Below, piece by piece: positions 36,067-44,065 of a stretch of 64,000 bases of DNA. The notes below the pieces were generated by a model. It had not been told where the DNA came from and ran no database searches. It saw only the letters and a program-made list of their open reading frames with translations. How positions within the stretch are numbered: the stretch's first letter is position 1; every line of letters starts with the position of its first letter. The translations under genes and the position numbers were made by a program. Source of the stretch: Candidatus Velthaea sp. (GTDB taxonomy: Bacteria > Vulcanimicrobiota > Vulcanimicrobiia > Vulcanimicrobiales > Vulcanimicrobiaceae); contig JBEKHC010000012.1 of the NCBI GenBank assembly GCA_050012475.1, forward strand, positions 74 through 64,073, in the 5' to 3' direction.

Positions 36067-36534
36067 TCAGGCCGGGTCGCTGCGCCGTTTGCGAAATGCT
36101 GCGACCTTCGCGCGATTCCCGCACGTCGCCATTGAGCACCACTGACGGTCCGGACCGTTCGCCGCATTGAGCATGAGGGCACCGCACTGCGGGTGTTTGC
36201 AAATGCGCAGCCGGTCGCGGTTGGGGCCGCCGAAAAGCGCGATCGCGTCTTCAGCCACCCGCGCCAGAGCAGCCCGAACCGACGCGCTCGAAACATGCCG
36301 GATTTGCAGTGTCTGCGGATCGAGCTGTTGGGTAGCGCAGCGGCTTTCTGCCGCAGCGTTCACCAGCCCGACGTCGGCGACGGAAGGTTTTCGGCCTGCG
36401 AGCAGCGCGTTGCCGATGTCGTAAATCGCCTCGCGCAATTCCACCGCGCTGCGGTATTCGGCTGACGTCGCTTCCGTCCGTTCGCCCAGCGCGGCAGCGG
36501 CGATCCATCGGTCGAGGTCGGCCGGGGCAGGCAT
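36067..36534 (-). CDS. CGNR zinc-finger (ABATE-family) protein, possibly N-terminally truncated
   Basis: The C-terminus reads RLRICKHPQCGALMLNAANGPDRQWCSMATCGNRAKVAAFRKRR, which is the CGNR motif. The first ATG gives only 155 aa. The frame stays open upstream with no start codon and runs into a 33-bp tandem repeat. Confidence 0.7.
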   Translation of the reverse strand: MPAPADLDRWIAAAALGERTEATSAEYRSAVELREAIYDIGNALLAGRKPSVADVGLVNAAAESRCATQQLDPQTLQIRHVSSASVRAALARVAEDAIALFGGPNRDRLRICKHPQCGALMLNAANGPDRQWCSMATCGNRAKVAAFRKRRSDPA

Positions 36535-36580
36535 CCGCTCAATGACAGGGCCTAAGCGGTAACCGAGGGTTGCCGTGTGC

Positions 36581-36646
36581 TGCTCAGATTGCGTGATACT
36601 GAGCGAGCGCGTCTGCTCAGATTGCGTGCTACGGAGCGAGCGCGTC
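36581..36646. repeat. 33-bp tandem duplication (2 units, 31/33 identical)
   Basis: TGCTCAGATTGCGTGATACTGAGCGAGCGCGTC / TGCTCAGATTGCGTGCTACGGAGCGAGCGCGTC, read directly from the sequence. Confidence 0.85.
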
Positions 36647-36677
36647 TGCCTTCACATTACGTGACACGGTGTTCGAA

Positions 36678-36703
36678 TTATTCAATCGGTTTATTCAATC
36701 GGT
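36678..36703. repeat. 13-bp exact tandem duplication (TTATTCAATCGGT x2)
   Basis: Read directly from the sequence. Confidence 0.85.
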
Positions 36704-37236
36704 GCTCGACATCGAAGGTCCGCGTGCAAGGTCCGCCATACCGGAGGCAGGCTCACAGCACGAACGCGTCGCGCTCGTCTTGCGTCGAGCATCGTGCCGG
36801 CATAGAACTCGTCGAAGCTCAACGTGAGGTTCTCACCCGGGATTTCGATGCGCTCGTACTCAGCTGGCACGCGCACGAAGCGTCCATCGTTCTGGGGGAT
36901 ATGGCTTCACGCGGCCTGCTTGCGCGAGTCGATCACGATGTACCGTTCAAGGCGCACGAGCCGGGAGACCTCGACTCAAGGCGCACGAGCCGGAAGAGAC
37001 CTCGACCCTATTGAGACAATCTCGAATGTTACGGATAGGGCTTGCCTCTCGGCCTTTTTAAGCGACCCTTGTGCAAGCTCTCTTTAAAGAAGGCCTTCGC
37101 TAAACGTATATTCAAGCGCAGGACCGAGCCCGCCCTTACCTTCCCGTTCGCCAGTGTCCCGAATCAGAAGTTCGAACACTAGTTTGGGAGATTGTTTCAC
37201 GGTGTCGGTAGGGCGATCCCACTTATGTAGTGACAT
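36691..37236 (-). pseudogene. decayed Uma2 (DUF820)-like endonuclease remnant
   Basis: Minus-strand fragments lie in three frames, interrupted by stops. The fragments are MSLHKWDRPTDTVKQSPKLVFELLIRDTGEREGKGG..(TAA), ..AERQALSVTFEIVSIGSRS.., ..RLVRLERYIVIDSRKQAA(TGA) and ..NDGRFVRVPAEYERIEIPGENLTLSFDEFYAG. Their order resembles the Uma2 layout (xELIxG, VEVxSPS, EYWIVD, PGxxLxLxxLF). The similarity is judged by eye only. Confidence 0.3.
36947..37006. repeat. 29/31-bp tandem duplication inside the Uma2-like remnant
   Basis: TCAAGGCGCACGAGCCGGGAGACCTCGAC / TCAAGGCGCACGAGCCGGAAGAGACCTCGAC. Confidence 0.85.
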
Positions 37237-37413
37237 GGGAGTTCACCGGTTCTTGTGTTATACGGCGGCGGGGCCAGGGCAAACGACTTTCGCTAATCCA
37301 GACGACCAATCGAATAGGTACGGCCACCAGCCCCATAGGTTCAAGTCTTCCACGAAGGTCGGCTCCGTATAACCCTCGGGCGCGAGTGCGACCTTCCGAT
37401 TCGGAGGAGCTGT

Positions 37414-38607
37414 GTGATTCGATCGACCGCCATTCTTGCCGTCGTGCTTAGCACGTTCGCAACGTCTCCCGCGCTGGCCCAGAGTAGCCGTGCGGCACTC
37501 AAGCCGGTGCTGCAGGGCATCGTCGACCGTTATCTCGAGACGCGTTCAAAGGCCGAGCACATCTCCGCCGTGTCGGTGAGCGTGAGTTTTCCCGGAGAAC
37601 CGCAGAATCTCAACGTCGTCGCGGGGCGAACCGCGTTGGGTCCCCGATCCGCGTCGATCACTCCGACGAACCTGTTTCAGATCGGGAGCATTACGAAGTC
37701 GTTTACGGCAGCCGCGATCCTCCAACTCGAGGCTGAAGGGAAGCTCTCGATCGACCAGACCGTCGGCCGTTGGCTCCCGCAATATCCGGCGTGGCGCGGC
37801 GTGACGATTCGACGTCTGCTCGACATGACAAGCGGCATTCTTGGTTACGACAACGTCCCCGCGATGGGCAAGGCGTTAGCGCAGCATGGCCTTCAACGCC
37901 GCTTCAGCGACAGTGTGCTCGTGGGCTTCGTCGACCCAGCATATCCCGCTGCACCAGCACCGACGCACGGCTGGAACTACTCGAACACCAACTATATTCT
38001 TGCCGGGATGATCATCGAACGCGCGAGCGGGAATAGTTACGGATCGGAGATCGCGCGGCGGTTCTTAGGTCCCAAATATGATCTGAAAACGACGTACTAC
38101 AGTCCGAATGTCTACCCGGCTTCGGTCCTGCAGCGACAAGTGTCGGGCTATTTCTGGAACACCGATCCCGGGAACGAGCCGCTGCGGCCCCTGCTTGGCG
38201 TCGACTTGCGCGATATGGACATGTCGTGGGCTGGGGCCGCCGGAGCCGTCGTCTCGCGACCGGAAGACGTCACCCATTGGGCGCGCGCGCTCTACCGGGG
38301 CGACATGCTTGCGCCCAAGCAACGGCGCGAACTCGAAACGCTCGTCTCCGATCGAACGGGCAAGCCCCTCACCACGACATCTGTTCGACACCCCGTCGCT
38401 TTCGGTTTAGGGGTGGGACAACTGACGAAGCCGGGGTTCGGAACGTTTTGGTACTACCAGGGTGAGACGCTGGGTTACCGCATGCTGTATATCTATTCCG
38501 AAAAGCGGGATCTCGCGATCGCGGTCGGCCTCAACAGCCAGCCGTCCGATGCACAAAACAAGAACGGCGAGCTCATTGAGCAACTCTACAAGGCCATCGT
38601 GAAATGA
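37414..38607 (+). CDS. secreted serine hydrolase, beta-lactamase/DD-peptidase (class C-like) family
   Basis: Signal peptide MIRSTAILAVVLSTFATSPALA. The SxxK motif reads FQIGSITKSF and the YxN motif reads YSNTNY. GTG start with GGAGGAG upstream. Confidence 0.8.
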   Translation: MIRSTAILAVVLSTFATSPALAQSSRAALKPVLQGIVDRYLETRSKAEHISAVSVSVSFPGEPQNLNVVAGRTALGPRSASITPTNLFQIGSITKSFTAAAILQLEAEGKLSIDQTVGRWLPQYPAWRGVTIRRLLDMTSGILGYDNVPAMGKALAQHGLQRRFSDSVLVGFVDPAYPAAPAPTHGWNYSNTNYILAGMIIERASGNSYGSEIARRFLGPKYDLKTTYYSPNVYPASVLQRQVSGYFWNTDPGNEPLRPLLGVDLRDMDMSWAGAAGAVVSRPEDVTHWARALYRGDMLAPKQRRELETLVSDRTGKPLTTTSVRHPVAFGLGVGQLTKPGFGTFWYYQGETLGYRMLYIYSEKRDLAIAVGLNSQPSDAQNKNGELIEQLYKAIVK

Positions 38608-38794
38608 CCTCGACCGGCTTTCGCCCTCGCAGCCGGCGAATCGCTGCAGCTACTAGCGGATTCCGCGCGACTGTTTCGGTGCGTGCACCTCGCATGCCGA
38701 TTGCCGTTGGCAAATCGGCCTCCGATCGGACCTTTGACCGGTACGGCAACGGGCCGCATGACAACCGTTTGTTTTCGTTAGCGGGAGTGTTCAA

Positions 38795-39772
38795 ATGTTC
38801 CGAGCCCGATCGACGCTCGTGATCTCGGCAATTGCGCTGACCCTCGCGACCTCAGCATTTTCGAGATTCGCGGCTTTCGCCGGTCCTTCCGGCAATGCCA
38901 CGGACTTCGCCAAGCAGATCGACATCGGCGGCGGCCGCAAACTCTATTTGGTCTGCCGCGGTACTGTGCGCGTCGAGCAACCCACGGTCATTCTGGTATC
39001 GGGCTATCACGACTCATCCGACCCTTGGATCCAGCCAGAGGATTTGTCGTTACTGCCGCAGTCCGTCGGCCCGTCTACGCTCGTGGGCCTGGCCCGCACG
39101 AATCACGTATGCGCCTACGATCGCCCGGGAACGCTGCGCTACATTACCGGTCTTCCGCTGACGGCTCGCAGCAGCCCCGTCACCCAGCCTCGCACCGTGA
39201 AAGAAATCGCCCTCGAGCTGCACACCTTACTGGCCGTGGCAAAAGTTCCGGGACCCTATATTCTCGTGGGGCACTCTCTCGGTGGCTTGATCGTCCTTTT
39301 CTATGCGCGCACGTATCCCAATGAAGTCCGCGGGATCGTCTTCGTGGACGCTTTCAGTCCGACCGTCCGGACGAGGCTAGGCTCCCTCTGGCCGCTCTAT
39401 CGCAAAGTTCTCAATCCCCCACCGGCTGACGAACCTATCGCTTCGCTCAAAGAGGCAGCTTCCGAAACCGTTGACCTCGATAAGAGCATCGACGAAGTTC
39501 AAGCTGCGCCGCCGCTGCGCAAAATGCCGCTGGGCGTCCTCACAAAGACCGAGCCGTTTCGCATTCGGCCGGGGTCGCTACCGCCAGGCATCACGCTGTC
39601 CGAGATCGACAATGGGTACAACGGTGCACAAAATTACCTGGTCGAGCTCGCTCCGACCACACCACAGATCTTCGCGACCGGGAGCGAGCATTACATCCAG
39701 CTCTCGCAACCGGACCTGGTCATCAACGCTACGCAGCTCGTCATCAGGCGGGCAACCGCACAGACCAGATAG
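38795..39772 (+). CDS. secreted alpha/beta hydrolase
   Basis: A signal peptide is present, with the nucleophile elbow LVGHSLGG and the typical abhydrolase order. Confidence 0.7.
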   Translation: MFRARSTLVISAIALTLATSAFSRFAAFAGPSGNATDFAKQIDIGGGRKLYLVCRGTVRVEQPTVILVSGYHDSSDPWIQPEDLSLLPQSVGPSTLVGLARTNHVCAYDRPGTLRYITGLPLTARSSPVTQPRTVKEIALELHTLLAVAKVPGPYILVGHSLGGLIVLFYARTYPNEVRGIVFVDAFSPTVRTRLGSLWPLYRKVLNPPPADEPIASLKEAASETVDLDKSIDEVQAAPPLRKMPLGVLTKTEPFRIRPGSLPPGITLSEIDNGYNGAQNYLVELAPTTPQIFATGSEHYIQLSQPDLVINATQLVIRRATAQTR

Positions 39773-39955
39773 CAACACGGGCGGGTTTTGGCAAGAAATC
39801 GAGCACGCCCGGTGATGATGTTCGAGAAGGTGTCTAGCTAGGCTCCATAAGTCGTCCGGGGCCGTCGATTCGATCCCTCGGAGACGCGCCAACACGCGTC
39901 GTCCATCCCGGCCATTACGAAGGTTGCCAAGCACAGGGTCAGCCGGAAATCGCGC

Positions 39956-40285
39956 TTATCGTCTTGCCACAGCCATCTGCCATGCGAACAACCACGGAAA
40001 GAACAGCGCACCGTACAGAGCGCCGCCCACGCGCGAAGGTTGGCGACGAGATAGGCCCGTTGCCGGCCTGGAAGCGAAGCTCGCGTCGTACGCTGCCCTG
40101 CTCGCGGTAGCACTGAGAACGCGGTACGCTTCGTTCAAGATCGCAGTCAGATGTGTTGCGTTCGGCGCGCTATTGATATCCGGATGATACCGCAGGAGCG
40201 ATGAGCGGTACGCCGAGTTGATCTCGGACTGCGTGGCGGACGATTCAACACCAAGGAGATCATAGTAGGAAAAAGCACCTGACAT
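39956..40285 (-). CDS. orphan J-domain protein with a hydrophobic C-terminal tail
   Basis: FSYYDLLGVESSATQSEINSAYRSSLLRYHPDIN (HPD motif) ... AILNEAYRVLS, with the tail GALYGALFFPWLFAWQMAV. ATG 40285 is preceded by GAAGGTGG. Confidence 0.75.
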   Translation of the reverse strand: MSGAFSYYDLLGVESSATQSEINSAYRSSLLRYHPDINSAPNATHLTAILNEAYRVLSATASRAAYDASFASRPATGLSRRQPSRVGGALYGALFFPWLFAWQMAVARR

Positions 40286-40559
40286 AGAACCCACCTTCAC
40301 AAGCGTTCGGATCCCAAGTAAGTAAAATACCTCTCGGTGCGGCCTTTTTAGCGTGTCGACGGCTGCAGTCGATGCCCGACATATGAAGGTACGCGGGCTG
40401 AGGATGAGGACACGGATACGTCAGAGCCGATCGGGGTCGATCGTTTGAGCTACTCGCTCACCATTCGGGAATGTATACGCAGAACAACGACACCGTCACC
40501 GTGGCCGCGAGCTTAAATACGGCCTGTGAATCTTTTGTGAACGATCACGCCATGCGACT

Positions 40560-41053
40560 TCACACGGCGAGAAAGGCCGCTCGGCGTGTCGTCCGGCGCA
40601 CCCATGGCAATCGGCTCGCCGCGCGTGCCGCTGGATCCCCCGCGTGGAGCAGACGCAATTCTTTCGCGCGGTTACGCTCAGTGATGTCTGTAATGGCGGC
40701 GAGCGCGAAGAGGTCGGCGTCGGTCTTTGATTGGATTGAGTCCGATCTCGATAGCGACTTCGCCACCGTCCTTGCGCCGGCCGTACAAGTCGCATCCAGC
40801 GACCATCGAAGGCGCGATTGGACCCCGAGAGCAGCGTCGGCCCGATCGCCTGCGTGAGTTGGCGGTGCTGCCCGGTCTCGAAGATCGCGACGGTTGCCAT
40901 CAGGACGGTCGCGCGCCTAAAGATTGGAAACGGTTCCCGACACGGTTTCGCACCGCATTGGTTCAACGTTACGCGCGCGAGCGCTTCGATCAATGCATGC
41001 TGCTCTGCCGAAAGAGCGGGCGAGCGGTTGCACGTCCACCGCATTGGCCTCAA
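40560..41053 (-). pseudogene. frameshifted, 3'-truncated remnant of a PAS-domain sensor protein
   Basis: The hand translation needs at least 2 frameshifts. The pieces are ..[10 protein letters not shown] (frame B), then [24 protein letters not shown] (second frame), then [28 protein letters not shown] (third frame). DITER-x-RA-xE is the classic PAS-to-output linker. No output or kinase domain follows. Confidence 0.5.
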
Positions 41054-41205
41054 TCCTTGCTGCGACGATACTCCGTATAGTCGATCTCCAAGGCGGCGGT
41101 CTCAAACGGCTGGACGACCAGTTCCGCAGGCGCCGGGGCGGGCCGAACTGTCTCATAACGCTGTCTGAGTAAGGTGACCCTACTGAGACACGTTCCTCTA
41201 CATGC

Positions 41206-41793
41206 CTACACTCCAGTCGCCACACCCAAGATCCGGAAGATGATCAGTCCCGTGGGATCACCGCTTACGGTGATCGTCGCGCTCGCGTGCAGATGCGCGT
41301 ACGCCCCCGTTTTGCCGACGAAGAGCATGCCGCCGGAGGAGTCGTCGTATCGCGGCGGGATCGAATGGGCCGCGGCGGGGATGCACAGCGGACGCTGTTC
41401 GACGTACGAATACATGCCTTGCGCCGTTCTCGCGCCGCCCTCGACGAACAACGGGAAGCAGACGCCTCCCGGCGACGTTTCGGGTTTGGTGAAGTCGACC
41501 GTAAAGGTCCCGGCGACGGCGGCGCTACCGGCGAACAGCGAGCTCGTTGTCACGGTCCCGGTGTACGCTCCGGTGCAGACCCCTTTGCCCGACTTCAAGC
41601 ATCCGCTGGGCTTGTCGGAGTTGGGAGTGGTTCGGACCCAACCAATTTCGTCGAGTTTGACCAGTCGTGGTGAGTCGGCAGCGCGGCTGCCGGCGGACGT
41701 GGACCACAACAGCGTGAGTACGAGTGCGACCATAGAAGCAAGCAAAGCGGCCCGTTGAAGCGCGGGCCTTGTGCGAGTAACGCTAAGCAACAT
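41206..41793 (-). CDS. hypothetical secreted protein
   Basis: ATG 41793 with GGAGG 9 nt upstream. The signal/anchor reads AALLASMVALVLTLLWSTSAGS. The body is beta-rich. No family recognised. Confidence 0.5.
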   Translation of the reverse strand: MLLSVTRTRPALQRAALLASMVALVLTLLWSTSAGSRAADSPRLVKLDEIGWVRTTPNSDKPSGCLKSGKGVCTGAYTGTVTTSSLFAGSAAVAGTFTVDFTKPETSPGGVCFPLFVEGGARTAQGMYSYVEQRPLCIPAAAHSIPPRYDDSSGGMLFVGKTGAYAHLHASATITVSGDPTGLIIFRILGVATGV

Positions 41794-41997
41794 GTCGATG
41801 CCTCCGATAATGTGCGCTACGCGAGCGGAATACGGATCGCGCCCTCGCACTATGCGCTGTGGAAAACGCCGCTGGGAGTAGGGAAAACCCTACGTTTGGC
41901 GGCGATTCGTCGGGCGCGCCGGCAGCGCGCCGCGGGCATCGTTCGATTTGAGCACAAGTGGCATTTCAGCTGACCAGATGCGCCAGCCGGGCATCAC

Positions 41998-42876
41998 CTA
42001 GCCGGTCTTCGCTGTTTGTGCCTCGCGCACGATTTGCTCGTACACGCGTGCAGCTCCATCGTAGATGCGCTCGCCGGCTTCGTCCGGCGCCGTGTACGCC
42101 GCGATCTCGCGCATCTCCGCGATCCAGCGGTAGGCCTTGGGATACATGCTTGGCACGGCGCCGGCGAGAAAATGCCACAGATCCGGGCGCGTCTCGGCGA
42201 GCACGGCATCGAGTTCGGCACCCAACCCGTGCTTGCGCGCGTGCAGCTGCATGAGCGCGCACAGCGCCGTGAGCCCCTTGGTGACGCCGGCGTACGACAT
42301 CTTGAGCGCCGACGCGCTGCCGACCGCCGGGCCGAGCACCCGAACATCGAGACCGGCAGCGCGCAGCGCAACGGCCGGCGCCGTGCGCTCTCCGCTGACG
42401 AAGACGATCGGGCCCGCTTCGCCCGGACGCGGGGGTCCGCCGATGATACCCGCGTCCAGAAAGAAAGCGCCGGCGGAACGAATCGTCGTTTCGATCTCGC
42501 GCACCGAATCGGGAGCGACTGCGTTGCAATCGACATACGTAAGCGGCTTGGGCGTGACACGCAGTGCCGCGGCGATGCGCTCTGCGGCTTGCCGCGCTTG
42601 GCCCGGCGGTACGATGGAAAGCACGATATCGGCGTGGGCCACGGCCTCGCCCGCCGTCTCAACTATTGGAATCGTCCGCGCCGCGGCGCGGCGGCGGCTT
42701 GCGTCGCTGCGACCCTCGAGCGATACGACCACGCTGCGGCCTCCATCGCGCAGCCGGGCCGCAACGGCAATCCCCATCTCGCCGGCCCCGATGACCGTTA
42801 TCGCCGGCAGTTCTTCGGCCGGTGATTGCCCGACCGCGCAGGCCGGTAACGCGTCGAACGCAGAAGTGCGGCTCAA
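41998..42876 (-). CDS. NAD(P)-dependent oxidoreductase (6PGDH-like NAD-binding domain plus DUF1932-like C-terminus)
   Basis: The Rossmann motif reads ITVIGAGEMGIAVAARL. The C-terminal helical domain reads LKMSYAGVTKGLTALC. The start is uncertain: TTG 42876 is proposed, because the ORF-track start at 43128 overlaps the TMEM175 gene. Confidence 0.65.
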   Translation of the reverse strand: MSRTSAFDALPACAVGQSPAEELPAITVIGAGEMGIAVAARLRDGGRSVVVSLEGRSDASRRRAAARTIPIVETAGEAVAHADIVLSIVPPGQARQAAERIAAALRVTPKPLTYVDCNAVAPDSVREIETTIRSAGAFFLDAGIIGGPPRPGEAGPIVFVSGERTAPAVALRAAGLDVRVLGPAVGSASALKMSYAGVTKGLTALCALMQLHARKHGLGAELDAVLAETRPDLWHFLAGAVPSMYPKAYRWIAEMREIAAYTAPDEAGERIYDGAARVYEQIVREAQTAKTG

Positions 42877-42888
42877 AGGAGCGGGTGC

Positions 42889-43491
42889 ATGCAGACCGGT
42901 CGACTCGAAGCATTTAGTGACGGGGTCATCGCGGTTATCATCACGATCATGGTGCTGGATCTCAAAGTCCCGCACGGCAGCGACCTGCGCGCTCTGGGGG
43001 CTGACGTGCCGACCTTCGTGACGTACGTCCTCAGCTTCGTCAACACCGGAATCTATTGGAACAATCATCATCATATGCTGCATGCGACCAAGCGGGTCAA
43101 CGGGCGTATCATGTGGGCAAACTTGCATCTTCTGTTCTGGCTTTCGCTCATTCCCTTCACCACGGGTTGGGCAGGTGAAACCCGCTTCGCACCGCTCCCG
43201 ACTGCAGCATATGGTTCCGTGCTGCTGCTTGCAGCCATCGCATATACGCTCCTACAGACCGCGATCGTTGCCTACAATGGTCAAGATTCCGAGCTAGCGC
43301 AAGCGGTCGGAAGTGACTGGAAAGGCAAGGTCTCGCTCGGAAGTTATGCGCTTTCGATTCCGTTCGCGTTCATCGCTCCGCTGTTTTCGGCCGCGATTTT
43401 TGTCGCGGTCGCGGCGCTGTGGTTCGTGCCCGACCGCCGAATCGAACGTATGACCGAAGCCCGCGCCAGCCGCGAAGCGGCAGAGCCCTAG
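42889..43491 (+). CDS. TMEM175-family (DUF1211) potassium channel
   Basis: The hallmark RLEAFSDGVIAVIITIMVLDL is present, with six TM segments and AAGGAG upstream of the ATG. Confidence 0.8.
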   Translation: MQTGRLEAFSDGVIAVIITIMVLDLKVPHGSDLRALGADVPTFVTYVLSFVNTGIYWNNHHHMLHATKRVNGRIMWANLHLLFWLSLIPFTTGWAGETRFAPLPTAAYGSVLLLAAIAYTLLQTAIVAYNGQDSELAQAVGSDWKGKVSLGSYALSIPFAFIAPLFSAAIFVAVAALWFVPDRRIERMTEARASREAAEP

Positions 43492-43497
43492 CCGCGG

Positions 43498-43941
43498 TTA
43501 CCGGCAATTCAAGAAGACGCGCCAGGCCCGGCCTGCGGCGGTCTTTGCGCCCGCCAGGGCGTGCGGATGCCGGGAAAGATACGCCTTGCCGGCGGCGGCA
43601 GAAACGCTCAAATTGTTCGCACCTGCGGCGACGCACGCGCGGGCTGAAGCATCGTGAATCGAACTGATGAGCGGCGACGTCGTCCGCAGCTCGCGCAGCG
43701 CCTTGCCGAAGTCGCCGGTTTGGATCGCGGAATAGGCCCTTGGCCAGCTCGACTGCACGCGCTCGACAGCGCGCTGATCGGCCGGCAGGAGCGTGCAATC
43801 ACACGCGACGGCGGCCGCGGGGACGCACGTTGCGATTGCCAAGATGAGACCGCTTATATAGCGCGATAGCCCGCGTGTTTTCCGCCCGCCGCGATGTTTT
43901 TGGCCCGAATTCCCGGCGGAACGCATTGGCGGTGTTTCCAT
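43498..43941 (-). CDS. hypothetical exported/anchored protein
   Basis: A basic N-terminus is followed by the hydrophobic stretch YISGLILAIATCVPAAAVA. No family recognised. Confidence 0.4.
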   Translation of the reverse strand: METPPMRSAGNSGQKHRGGRKTRGLSRYISGLILAIATCVPAAAVACDCTLLPADQRAVERVQSSWPRAYSAIQTGDFGKALRELRTTSPLISSIHDASARACVAAGANNLSVSAAAGKAYLSRHPHALAGAKTAAGRAWRVFLNCR

Positions 43942-44065
43942 TTTGTATCGATTTGAACTAATTTCTGTAAAACATGCGGCCGATCACTAAAATCGTAGCC
44001 GCAGCGCGCGCAAGAGCCTTCCTCTGGGAGGCTCGAGCACATCGCGCGGCATCGACACGTACTCG

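Noticed and set aside
37045-37064. A shared roughly 20-nt motif, CCTCTCGG(TGC)GGCCTTTTTAGCG, at 37045-37064 and 40330-40353. I considered it as island att sites, inverted repeats or terminators.
   Set aside because: The two copies are in the same orientation but both lie inside the island rather than at its edges. Neither forms a convincing stem-loop (a 3-bp stem at best). Similarity this short could be chance.
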